A DNA stretch of 64,000 bases from Zygnema circumcarinatum SAG 698-1b. Taxonomy: Eukaryota; Plantae; Zygnematophyceae. A program made the position numbers and the translations under genes. Under the pieces are notes generated by a model. It ran no database searches, was not told where the DNA came from, and was given only the letters and a program-made list of their open reading frames with translations. How positions within the stretch are numbered: the first letter of the stretch is position 1; every line of letters begins with the position of its first letter. Positions 25,362 through 37,480 of the stretch are shown in pieces. The stretch spans positions 1,612,001 through 1,676,000 of the forward strand of contig CM074817.1 in assembly GCA_037447605.1 (NCBI GenBank), written 5' to 3'.

Positions 25362-27174
25362 GGCCAGGAGCTTGCCCTGCAGTGTACCACAATGAGCGAA
25401 TTGTTGCTTTCCCTCTATCCCTCGTTTGCCTTTGTGAGCCTTTGTGGTGTGTCTTTGGCTTTGTTTCCCTGCTATTCCAGACCCGGGAATTGCTGCCTGC
25501 GCCGCTCTCTCTCCTGCAACAGCACTTTGTAATGGCTGCAAGCAAAAGAACTGCAAGGCGCGCGTGATGATTTGCAGGTCTCTCGTCTACAGTCAGGCAG
25601 TCTGCCGTACCGTGAGGTACCTCGATGCGATACGGTATGCATATCGTCATATCACCTCCGTATCGAAAACGATCGAAGAGTCTTGCCGGCGATGCGCTCT
25701 CCGCCGGCCGGCCGGCGACGACCCAGGCCTGGGCCCTCGCCACCTGGATTCGGGAAGGAGCTTACTGCCGTACCGTACTGGACCGTACTGAATATCTCGA
25801 TATAGTGGCGAGACGACGGAACGCCGGCACTCCCCTTCCCTCTCCCTATTAGGTTAGGTTTTACGTGCAGACTCTTCGCTTCTCTCTCCCTCTCCTCCCC
25901 TTCAGGAACCAGATAACGGAAATATGTATATATGTCGAGTATGTATACATGTACGCATGATTTTCTCGTATTTTTGCGCAGAGCCGGATCGCCTATCAAG
26001 CTCCCTCCCCCTCCCAGCACCCCCAAACACCCCATTTGCACCCCCCCAAATGCACGATAATGCGGGGGGGGGGGGGGGGGGGGGGGGGNNNNNNNNNNGG
26101 GGGGGGGGGGGGGGGGGGGAGAGAGAGTGAAAAGGGCCCACAACGTTCTAGCGATAACAAAAACAACAACACTAATTTTAGGAATAAAAAAAATAGCAAT
26201 GGCAATAAAATTAACGACAATAGTTCAAAGTCAGGGGGGCCCACACGGATCGAAGTTTCACGCATCATTGGGGGCCTCGACTGGTGAGTTTTCCATACAA
26301 AGATTTCACGTTACCGAATGTGAATCAAGCATGAATCCACAAGGAGAAGCGCAAATAAACAGAAAAGAAAATCTTTTCCTGCTTCGTCCTTCTCTTTCTT
26401 TCGCATGAAAAAGATGTAGTAGTGAATTCATTGTTTATTCTGATCAACTTAAAGCCTTGAAGCCTCATTGTTCCTGAAATATTCAACATTACACAGCCGC
26501 ATGGTCATGGTCTTCTTTCATCCTAACGTTGTTTCCTTGTCCCATTCTTGAAACATCTGATTTTTTTCAGCCAATCCGAACGAAGCTCCCCTGCATGGCC
26601 GACGGCGTTTTTGACGCATGCGGGACCTGCCCTGCACCGTGAGCGCAAAAAAATTGTGAATGGCCAAAACCTGCGGGGGGTCCACTTTTTTTTTTTTCTC
26701 GTCGTCACGTCTGTCACGTCACGCCGTCCCTCGGCCGGCCGGTAACCGTCTATTCTCCCGCGGGCCGGCCGTCATCGCGGCTCCGTCGATTGGGCGAGGA
26801 CGGCGCCAGTTGGCGCCTTCTGACTGGTCCTTGGCAACAACCTTTTCGTCGGCAGGTCCGTCCATTTTTGGCCGACAACTGCGCTAAGCTACAGAAGTGC
26901 CAGGATGGCAGACCCGGCGAGGCGTATCCTGTCGTCCGTACACTTTTGGATATTGGACAGGTGTGCGGCCGCGATTAGCCAGAGCAGGTACTTCCGAAAG
27001 GACGCTTGCCCGTCTTGCTTCCTCGACCGTCGATTAAGCCACGTGGTACACATCGCGCCGTCGGTTGTAGTTCATCCGTGCCATGTACCCATGTACCCAT
27101 GCGGCTGCCCCCGCCAGCGCCGCATGTCGCCCAGTCTGGGCTGGCTCGCTGGCTCTCCCTCACACCCCCACTCC

Positions 27175-27182
<8 letters not shown>

Positions 27183-27228
<46 letters not shown>
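27183..27228. repeat. (CT)n microsatellite just upstream of the SemiSWEET-like copy 1 start
   Basis: A pure CT run directly visible in the sequence. Confidence 0.9.
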
Positions 27229-27231
<3 letters not shown>

Positions 27232-27263
27232 GCTGCCCTCCTCTCGGCACGAGTGGAGGGAGG

Positions 27264-27851
27264 ATGGACGTGTACCAGGTGCTGGGGCTCATAGGGGGCT
27301 TCATGTTCCCTATCGCGACTGCCGCGCAAACGTGGAAGACGATTGCAACGCAGTCCGCAGAAGATATCAGCTACGGCTGGTAGGCCTCCTCCCTCCCTAA
27401 GCTGCTCAACATCGCAAAGGATCTCGAGACTCCGCCTTCAAGTTTGAGCTCAGAAGCTATCTTGGATTGGTGCATGAAATTGAGGGTAAGCAGGAGCTTC
27501 CATGACCTTCCTTCCGCACGTTTTGTTTTCCCAGCTTCCCGGTTCGCTCACCCTTATCCTTCCACTCTCCCCCCCTCCCTCCCTCCCCCCCTCCCCTCTT
27601 TTCTTTTCTTTTGGTGCTGCAGGCAATTCTTATATGCGATAGCGGAGTCTCTGTACATCATTTATTCGTGGCACTTTCGATTGTGGGCCTTCTTCATCCC
27701 GTGTGTGACGGAGCTCTCTTTTATGGTCGTCATGATTTTGGCGAAATTTTACTTTGAAAATGTGCGCCCCGCATTGTTAGGGAGAAAAGCAGAGCGCAAT
27801 ATCGCTCTCACATCGAGCGAGCCCTTGCATCCGCAAGAGACCCATCCCTAG
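27264..27851 (+). CDS. SemiSWEET/PQ-loop-like single-repeat (3-TM) membrane protein, copy 1; exons 27264-27379, 27623-27851 (114 aa)
   Basis: MDVYQVLGLIGGFMFPIATAAQTWKTIATQSAEDISYGW|QFLYAIAESLYIIYSWHFRLWAFFIPCVTELSFMVVMILAKFYFE. It has three hydrophobic segments and the KT..T.S..DIS loop typical of SemiSWEET/MtN3. Confidence 0.75.
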
Positions 27852-28608
27852 GGCCCCATCTTGCCTCGAAACATAGCGTCTTTATCCCCGACTTAGCATT
27901 TTTTTTTTCAAATTTATTATGTTAAGTAGACGGTATTACCTAGAACAGGAAAAACTTCGTTTGCAAGTCAAAAATATTTTATCCATGCATTCGTCGTTTC
28001 AATAAGCCACGGACCCCCGTGGAAACTCTTTGTTTCAAAGATTTCTCTGTTTGTTGCCTCCGTTTTTTTCATCTTCCTTATGAAGTCATCAGTTGGTTTG
28101 TTGCTTATTTGAGCCTGAGCCTGTCCTCCGATAAGTAAGTTTGACCCCTCCCGTAAGCACTCGTGTGAGGCTCAAAACTGAGATATGTTCTTCAAGCTTC
28201 CTCAAGCAGCTGAGTTTGGAAGGGTGTGAAAGGTTATAAATTAATCTGCGTTCTTTATAAATATGCAGGGGACAATCAAAATGTCATTTATTTACTCTAT
28301 GACAGCTTCTACAGTGGAAACTACGATGGAGTGGCCGCACCTTCCACTTCACTCCTACTTTCTCTGTCTCTCCCTTCTATCTCGTCTCCCTCTCTCCCTC
28401 TCTCCCTCTCTTCCACTCCAAGCTTTGTCTAAACATTTTTTTGCAAAATTACCTGATTTTTCAGCGCAAAACTATCACAAACTATCACCATCTCTAACAA
28501 ATTACAATGTGTAAAGTCAACAGCTCACCCTAATGCCGTAGAGCGCTTATTAAATAGGAAAAAAATGGTCGACAGAGCCCCCTCATGCAGCTAACTTGCA
28601 GCCTCTCT

Positions 28609-29393
28609 TCAGACGGATGAATTCTGCATGGTTTGAAGTTCTTTAACCGCCGCCATCTCATCCTTCTTCTCATCCGTCTTCTCAGTTTCTATGACTTCCA
28701 CGAACTCGGGCTTTTCTTCATCCTCTCCCTCCTCTCCTGGCGTTTCAGTTGCTGCGCTGGCCCTCAAACCATCGTATTTGATCTTCATAACTATGAGCAA
28801 ACTTAGTAGAATGCCATCAGCCAACATGGGAAACAAAATCGGCCACAGCCTGTACGCTATGCTGTATGTTACGATGAGACTGAGGCCAACAACAAATAAT
28901 GCTTGCCTGCAAGAACGAGCAGGAAAAAAACCATACATTAGGTCACAGGTACCGCCAGCGACAAAGATAATAATTAAAGCAATTCCTTCCGCTTCCCTAA
29001 AACGCGTCAAACAACATTCAGCATCGCTGTCCTAAAAAAAACAGGGGGCAACAGTATCTCGCAAGGACCCCCTGCTTAAGAAGTGAACAATTTGACCTTT
29101 TCATGTGCAGAAAAATCAAGAAAAAGGAGCAGCAAGAGCTCCGAAATTCCCTGTCGACTCACTCCCCTCCCTCCCCCCGACCCCAGAACCTCCAAACCTC
29201 CTTCCAACGTCCTTCAAGCCCTAAAAATTCCATGGAAGAAGCGGCCTCACCAGACATAGCTCAAATCTTTCGCGGACTTGGTGCGATACGTCTTGATGAC
29301 CTGCGGCACCGTCGACAATGGGAACACGATCCCTCCCAGCAGGCCGCATATGGAATAAAAATTGTTGAAATCCGACTCTTCTCCCACCGCCAT
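28609..29393 (-). CDS. SemiSWEET/PQ-loop-like single-repeat protein, copy 2; exons 29393-29251, 28906-28609 (146 aa)
   Basis: ...GLLGGIVFPLSTVPQVIKTYRTKSAKDLSYVW|QALFVVGLSLIVTYSIAYRLWPILFPMLADGILLSLLIVMKIKYD, followed by an acidic tail. It has a PQ motif and the same phase-2 intron inside the Trp codon as copy 1. Confidence 0.82.
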
Positions 29394-30869
29394 CTCCCCC
29401 TTCAGAGTCTCTACCTCCTCTCCCCTCCCCTCCCTCCTCTCCTCTCCTCCCCTCCCGCCACACAGCTCTCTCTCCCCTCTCACTCTTTCTCCTCTTTCTC
29501 CCTCTCTCTCCTCTCTCTCCTCTCCCTCTCTCCTCTCTTCCTTCCCCCCTCTCTATCTCCTCTCGTCTTCCCGCTCTCCAGTTAGGCGCCGTCCGTGATG
29601 GTGTCTGTACGTTTTTTTTTCCAAATTTGCACCATTTCCCGAGAAAAAAAAAAATCATTTGATTTGCTGTGTGCTCCCACCGCCATCCGCTAACAGCACA
29701 TTGCAGACGTCAGCGTAATCCCCGCAGCCAATCAGGAGGCCCCGCCCGTCTGCCGCCACTCCTGTCGTTTGAAGCCAAGCGGTGAGCCATCGTATCGCCA
29801 TATCGGTGACATATCATATCGTACCGTATCGGGTATTTGAGCTCAGCCTCGTCCCTGCCACGGAAACTACTACTGTACTGTACCCTTACTTTTGTGCTTC
29901 GGTCCTTTGGCCCAGTTAGTTCCTCGTGGTTCCCATGCTGATGTTGTCAATGTGCATTTGATGGCATCGCAATCGTGAGATCAATGCCACATACTTTCAC
30001 CGTGCTCAAAAGGAGACATGAAAGTTGAGCCTGGACGTACCTCTCCGCTCTTACCTTTTTTCTCTTGTCCTTGGGTCCTTTGCGACCAGTTAGTTCCTCG
30101 TGGTTCCCCCATGCTGATTTTGTCCATGCACATTTGATGGCATCATCGCCCGCCATGCGTGAGACCAATTCCCCACATCTCCCCGGCAATTTTGAAGGAG
30201 AAGCATTCCTATTGGCTTGGCGCTGCCCTCCAAGCCGCAAAGAGCCACACGAGCATGGACCAGGAACCACGAGGAGCCAGCCACTCCGCCGCCCGGTCCA
30301 GGGCGGGAGCCAAGAGACGAATGAGGGCAGTGTGCAGACAGACAGACCAATCAAAATTTGCCACGTGGACAGGTATGGACATCTGGCGAACCATCATTGG
30401 CTGACGGTCGCTGACGACCACTGACGAGAGGGAGAAGGAGAGGGAGGGAGAGGGAGAAGGAGAGAGAGGGAGAGGGAGAGGGAGAGGGCGAGGGAGAGGG
30501 AGAGGAGGAGAGCGGATCGCTGTGCTGAACGTGGAAGGGCGAGGCCGGGCGGTGCAGCGAATGGGACCGCGGGTCAAGTTGAGTGATGATTGAGAATATA
30601 AAGTTAGGGCTTGGATAAGTTTCTAGACTGAGTGGATGGAAGAGGGGGGGGGAGGGAGGGAGAGGAAGGGAGAGAGGGAGAGGGAAAATATAGGAATAAG
30701 GGGAGAAAGAAAGGATAGAGGGAGAGAGGGAAAGGATAGGAATACGGGGAGAAAGAAAGGATAGAGGGGGAGAGTGGGAGAGGGAAAGAGTGGGAGAGAG
30801 GAGCGAGAGCAAGGGAGGGAAAGAAAGTGGGAGAGTGAGGAGAGAGGGAGAGGAAAAGAGAGGAAGAGT

Positions 30870-31762
30870 TGTTGGGTAAAATAGGGGTATAGCCTAGAAT
30901 TGTACGCTGTACGGTCCTTAGCCTTTGTCGGCGGTCTTTAGGAGATTTGGTCACAGTCTGAACAGGGCGCTAGGGCGCTGTTCGTAGTGGGAACACGGAA
31001 AGTCTGAGTAGGACACGTGGAGGGCGGCGATAGGCCGCGCCAACACAGGAGTCAGAACTGGTAAGCATAGGTTAGACACGTGGCGCACAGCGATAAGCTG
31101 CGCGGTCAGCTTTGTATTGCTTATTGCTTTAGTGGTCGACCATACATTAGTCCGGTGCGTACGGACGATCGCTGGAGTGGCGCGCGCGTTGTTGAGGAAG
31201 CTTCTCGAAGGTAGGCAAGTCGGAGGAGGAGCTTTCTGTACGGACACTCCCCCTCCTGGCCATGGCGACCTGAGGAGTTACCGCGAGGAGAGGCGAGCGC
31301 CTGGAGATGTGGAGCGTCGCCAGCGACATGGAGGTGCGCGGTGGAACGCGGCGGCGTGCGGTGCAGCGCGGTGGCGAGACATGGCATGCATTAGAACGTG
31401 GAGGAGTAGTGCAGCGCTTAGTACTTAAGTAGAGTTAGGCTTAGGTAATAGTTATCTTAATACAGCTACAGCTTAGCTCGTGTTGCTAAGTGTAGTTGCC
31501 TGACTGTATGGTCAGCAGGAGGTCGGGAGTTAGTCAGAGCTGAAGTAGAAGCCTGAGGGCTGAAACTTGTGCTTGTTACTTCCTTTCTTTATTAAGGAGT
31601 TTTGAGGCCAGGGTGCTTTCTCCTTACTTTTCCTTACGGTGTTTTGCTCGTTTGAATTCAGTTATCTTTCAGTGTGTGCACTTGAGAGCTTTCCTTTGAT
31701 TCAAATTGCAAATATGGCAGTGAGTGAAGTGAGTGAGATGGACCGGGCCTTAATTAACAACA
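30870..31762. repeat. 5' LTR of the copia element (893 bp)
   Basis: Direct repeat of 35724-36623; about 9 substitutions and 2 small indels counted by eye. Confidence 0.95.
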
Positions 31763-31987
31763 GTGGTATCAGAGCGTTTTCCAATGACGAACCCAGGTAT
31801 AGGGTCCCGTTTTTCGAAGGGACAGATTACAGACATTAGAGGTGGAGGATGACGTACCTGTTGGAGAGCAAGGGCCTCTTCAAGTACGTAGACGGGAGCA
31901 CCCCGGAACCACTTTCTCCGGCCGACTCTGAGGGGACGGCGGACGTGAAGGCGTTTGACCTGTGGCAAGTGAAGAACNNNNNNNNNN

Positions 31988-33573
31988 TGCCCATCGTGCC
32001 ATGACCTTCACCGGGTCAGCCAATGGCCACCCAGCAGTTATACTGCTAGATATTGGGGCAGATGCTAACTTTGTTAGTTCTGCGTTCACCCAACGCTTTG
32101 GGTTGACCACTGATCCCCATTCTGAAAGTGTTACTTTCGGGGATGGACGCAAGGGCCAGATCTTTGGTAGCGTCACACTCAAGATCAAGCTCCAGTCCTA
32201 CTCCGGGGCAGTGAAATGTCTACTGACACAACTGGCTCCGGGTAACGATGTTATTTTAGGGAGTGCTTGGTTAACCATGGTCAAAGCCCAATTGGATTTT
32301 TTTCATCCCACACTGCATTCTGCACAGTGGGGATAGGCGCATCACACTGCACCCTGGCAAATCCACAGCCCCTGTTATCACGCCGGTTGATACTCCTTAT
32401 CTCTGCTCGGCTATGCAATTGGCCAAAGCAGTTAAGGAGGGTTGCACCTTGTTCATGGTGCATGTCATGGCAGCCACTGAGGATGTTCATGACGAAGATC
32501 AGGAATGGCAGATCACACCTACGGATGTGCTCTCGGCTGTTCCATCCCAAATCCAACCCTTGTTGGATGAGTTCAGGGATGTTTTCCCTGATGACCTCCC
32601 AAGAGGGTTGCCACCGTCTCGAGGAGTCGGGCACACGATCCCTCTTGAGCCTGAGCAAAAGCTGCCTTGGCGGCCGATTTATCGGTTAAGTCCGAAGGAA
32701 ACCGAGGAAATGCGACAGCAATTAACAACTTTACGAGAGAAAGGCTGGATAGAACCCAGTCAGAGCCCCTTTGGGGCGCCCATCTTGTTCGTTGGGAAGA
32801 AAGATGGCTCGTTGAGGATGTGCATTGATTATCGCGCACTCAACAAGATCACCGTAAAGAACCGTTTTGCTTTACCACGTATTGATGATCTGTTGGATCG
32901 TCTTCACGGCGCCAAGGTGTTTACATCACTTGATCTTGCTCAGGGGTACCATCAGATCCGCGTCACGGAAGCTGATGTGCCAAAAACTGCGTTCCGGACG
33001 CCGATTGGTCATTTCCAATATAAGGTGTTGCCCTTTGGATTGACTAATGCTCCGGCGACTTTCCAGGATGTAATGAACGAGATGTTCATCGGCATGGACG
33101 AGTTTGTTTTGGTTTACCTCGATGATATCCTTGTCTTCAGTAAGACAGAGGAGGAACATCTTGAACACGTTCGGAAAGTGTTTGAGACCCTAAGGAAACA
33201 CCAATTTTATGCCAAGAGGAAGAAGTGTCACTTCATGCAACGTGAGTTGCTTTATCTTGGGCAGATCTTGAATGATCAGGGCCTTCGGCCAGACCCTGCC
33301 AAGGTTTCTGCGGTAGAAACTTGGGCGCCACCGACTGACTTACATCAGTTGCGGTCATTCTTAGGATTTGCGAATTATTTCCGTAAATTCATCCAAGGGT
33401 TTAGTAAGTTGGTTACTCCCTTGACCAATTTGACACGTTCCGGTGTCCCCTTTGTATGGACCCCTGAGTGCCAGGAAGCATTCGAGGGTGTCCGCCATGC
33501 ACTTGTTACCGCACCCACTCTCCGTTTAGCGGACCCGTCCTAACCTTATGAAGTGGTTTGTGATGCTTCGAAT
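31988..33573 (+). mobile_element. Ty3/gypsy pol fragment (protease-RT-start of RNaseH), gap-bounded, inside the copia element
   Basis: ILLDIGADANFVS...ILGSAWL, then a frameshift, then KKDGSLRMCIDYRALN...LDLAQGYHQIR...PFGLTNAPATFQ...YLDDIL, then an in-frame stop before PYEVVCDAS. Confidence 0.9.
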
Positions 33574-35723
33574 NNNNNNNNNNGGGCGAGGGTGACTGTC
33601 GTCACCCAACCAACGTACCGGCATACGGTTGCACCCCTGCCCAGGGCTGCGCCACCCTCTGAAGCTCTCTCTCTCTCTCACTCGTTTTCTTGATTCAGAC
33701 GCTGAGTGCAGGCTGAGGGAGATTCCGCGCACGACCGAGGAGGGATTAGCCCCGCGGTCTGTTACAGAAACATTAACCAATTATATAGTAAAATTTGATA
33801 GCCTTATGCAGAGGTGTGTAGTGGCTAAGCAGCCGATTCCATTACCTAGCAAAATTCACCAATTTCTAGTAGGATTGCCAAGCAAATATGAGGGAATAGT
33901 GGAGTCATTGAGGACTCATCTTTCCAGTTTGCCCATGACCATGGAGCAAGTCAAAGGGAGGATAAGAGAGGCTGACTCACTGTTAGAAAAGGAGAGTTCA
34001 GGTGTAGACAATGTGTTGCTTATCCAGGCTAAGAAAAAGGGGAGGAATGATCGAAGACCCACCCCAACATGTTTTACTTGCGGCAAGCTTGGGCACGTGT
34101 CGACTGACTGCTACCAGAACAAGGGACGACCCGAGAGCTCGGACGAGCCTTCGAGTGAAGAAGAAATCACCGAGAGGTCCACCTTTCGAGGGACCTGCTT
34201 CAAGTGCGGGAAGAAGGGTCACAGAGCCGCTGTTTGTCGAGGCGGCGCTACCGAGATGAACCTAATGATGAGGTTGGGTGCACAGGGTGATTTTGAGAAG
34301 GACGAGTTCGTTGGAGGTGTCCGAGATGTGGAGGTCAAGCTGCCATGTCTCATTGATGCAGGTGCTTCAAAGCATAGGTGCTCTGACAAAACCTTTGGTG
34401 CAGAGCAAAGAAAGATGGTGGCGGCAAGATGTGCCAACGCAAAAACTGGAGAGGGGGTGTACGATTCCCGAGGAGGACGTGTGAAGTTGAAGATTCGAGA
34501 AGGGAAGATGAAGAGGACAATCATCATGGGAGATGTCCTACACACCCTGGGACTTCAACGTGCGTTCGTGGCAGAGGTAGAGTTTTGTACAGATTGCCTT
34601 GCTGGGAAAACTCATAGCCAGCTTTCAAGCCATGGGAGTGAAGAGGAGGGCCGAGCCAAGGAAAGGCTTGAGATGGTCCACACAGATATGTGCAGCCCCA
34701 ATTCTCTTGCTAATTTAGAAGGCTCACAGTTCTTTATTACTATTCTGAATGATTACTCTCGGAAAATTTGGGTCCGAATGCTGGAGAGCAAAGCTGAGTC
34801 CTTTGCTGCATTTAAAGAGTGGCAAGAGGTAGTGGAGCAAGAATCCGGGCTGCAGGTGAAGACTTTTCGATTGGACAGTGAAGGAAATTACATGTCTTAT
34901 GCCGCTCGTGTGTGGGGCTTGAGGTGCTTTGTAAGTGTGATGAAGCACGAGTTTGCAGAGAGGAGCAGAGACTTCGTGCTGCAGGAGAAACAAACAGAGA
35001 AAGGCGACAAGGATTTCGAGGAGAACTTTGAGCCGTGGCCCAATTTCGAAATTACTTTTGGAGCGGACGGTGGCGATTCGGCGATCCTTGGTGGAGAGCC
35101 TGCTTACTTCGAATCCATGGTGGAGATGAGCCGATTGGAGGCGACCGTCGATCAAGCGGACCTTGTGCCGTGTGATGTGATAGAGGAGGAGGAATCAGTG
35201 CCGTTGGATGTGAAGATGGAGTCCGATTCGGAGGGAGCGTCACCGGTCACGCCGTGCTTGACATCTGGACCGTTGATAGGGTTTGAGCCTGCGGCGCCTG
35301 GCGCCACGTCATTAGGTGAGGCCGGACCCTCGGCCGTACCATGTACCTCGGTGGCCGTACAGGAGGAAGGAGAAACCGGAACTGCAACTGACATGGAGGC
35401 TCCGTTGAACAAGGACGCTACTAGAGTCGTTCCATTCTTCGGGATCACGGGGGGACGTGAGCGGAACAATGACGGATGGACAATGAGGATGCCGAACGTG
35501 TCGGCTGACTTCGCTAGCATTGCTGCACTCATGATGGGTAGTGTTGCTGAACCCCAAAACCTGCTTGTAGTTTAAGAGGGGGCGGATGATAGCAATAGGG
35601 AGTAGCCTTGAGTAGTGAGCTGAGGAGTCTCATAGTACCAAGGAAAGATGGATTGCCGTAATAGTATCCTCATAGGCGTAGGAACTTTTGGTTGTTTTGG
35701 GTGGCTAGGACCGAGAGGGGGAA

Positions 35724-36623
35724 TGTTGGGTACAATAGGGGTATAGCCTAGAATTGTACGCTGTACGGTCCTTAGCCTTTGTCGGCGGTCTTTAGGAGAT
35801 TTGGTCACAGTCTGAACAGGGCGCTAGGGCGCTGTTCGTAGTGGGAACACGGGAAGTCTGAGTAGGACACGTGGAGGGCGGCGATAGGCCGCGCCACCAC
35901 AGGAGTCTACTTAGAACTGGTAAGCATAGGTTAGACACGTGGCGCACAGCGATAAGCTGCGCGGTCAGCTTTGTATTGCTTATTGCTTTAGTGGTCGACC
36001 GTACATTAGTCCGGTGCGTACGGACGATCGCTGGAGTGGCGCGCGCGTTGTCGAGGAAGCTTCTCGAAGGTAGGCAAGTCGGAGGAGGAGCTTTCTGTAC
36101 GGACACTCCCCCTCCTGGCCATGGCGACCTGAGGAGTTACCGCGAGGAGAGAGGCGAGCGCCTGGAGACGTGGAGCGTCGCCAGCGACATGGAGGTGCGC
36201 GGTGGAACGCGGCGGCGTGCGGTGCAGCGCGGTGGCGAGACATGGCATGCATTAGAACGTGGAGGAGTAGTGCAGCGCTTAGTACTTAAGTAGAGTTAGG
36301 CTTAGGTAATAGTTATCTTAATACAGCTACAGCTTAGCTCGTGTTGCTAAGTGTAGTTGCCTGACTGTATGGGCAGCAGGAGGTCGGGAGTTAGTCAGAG
36401 CTGAAGTAGAAGCCTGAGGGCTGAAACTTGTGCTTGTTACTTCCTTTCTTTATTAAGGAGTTTTGAGGCCGGGGTGCTTTCTCCTTACTTTTCCTTACGG
36501 TGTTTTGCTCGTTTGAATTCAGTTATCTTTCAGTGTGTGCACTTGAGAGCTTTCCTTTGATTCAGATTGCAAATATGGCAGTGAGTGAAGTGAGTGAGAT
36601 GGACCGGGCCTTAATTAACAACA
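35724..36623. repeat. 3' LTR of the copia element (900 bp)
   Basis: Preceded by the polypurine tract and followed by the TSD AGAGT. Confidence 0.95.
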
Positions 36624-37480
36624 AGAGTGAAGGAAGCAAGATGGGGGGAGGGAGAGGAGAAGATAGAGACTGGGAGGGAAGCGGGAGATAAAGAGTGGGA
36701 GAGAGAGAAATGGGGGAGAAAGGGAGAGAGAGGGACTTGCGTTTACAACGACAGAACTACTTTTTTTTAAAGATGTATAACGTACAACACATGACTTCCT
36801 CCCCAAAGTTCCTGCGGTGACAACGAGAAGGAAAGACTACACATTCTAGGTCTAAAAGAATAGCATGCATGCATGTTGCTTGCAGTAACTTCAACAGCTC
36901 CTCGAAAAATGTGACAAGCACCGCAAGCAGGCATACTGGGTGTCAAAACTGTAAGCCGTTAATTAAAGCGCCGTAAAAATGTTTAACAAAGACCTCTGAT
37001 TCAGTCAACCACTCTACACCAACTATCTGTTTCAGATAAGAAAAGCTTCACACGAGTGAGCTTTGCCTGGCTAGATTTAATGCCATCACTAGTTTGCATC
37101 GCCTTCCCCGCATCTGCCTTTGTCGAATTCGGTTCTTTCCCGGAGTTTAAGTGACCTCCTTCCACAGCTTTCAGAAGCCGCACTTCTTCCACATAAGACT
37201 CTTTGGGAGTTGTACGCGTGAAGCTCAAACCGTCCAATATTATTTTCCTCTCTCTCGCTTTTTGTACAAGCTCTCGCAGACCCTCCTAATATTTCAGTGA
37301 AAAATCACCACAGCTAAGCTCTTATCACAACTATCACTGGCGACAGGTTTGCCATATCAAACAAATTATAAACTGTTTAATCAGAAGCTCTCGCTAATGC
37401 CACCGATAGCTTTAAACAAAAAATTGGTCGAACACCGCCCCTCATGTAGCTAGCTTGCAGCCGGTCCCCATATCAGAATT

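Larger units (their letters stand above)
30870..36623 (+). mobile_element. Ty1/copia LTR retrotransposon, non-autonomous (no RT/RNaseH visible)
   Basis: LTRs at 30870-31762 and 35724-36623 (TG...CA), 5-bp TSD AGAGT on both sides, PBS TGGTATCAGAGC (31764-31775) and PPT GAGAGGGGGAA (35713-35723). Coding parts: gag N-terminus (FEGTDYRH*RWRMTYLLESKGLFKYVDG), two CCHC knuckles, a protease-like LIDAGASKH and an integrase piece (VHTDMCSP...ILNDYSRKIWV...KTFRLDS). Confidence 0.93.
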
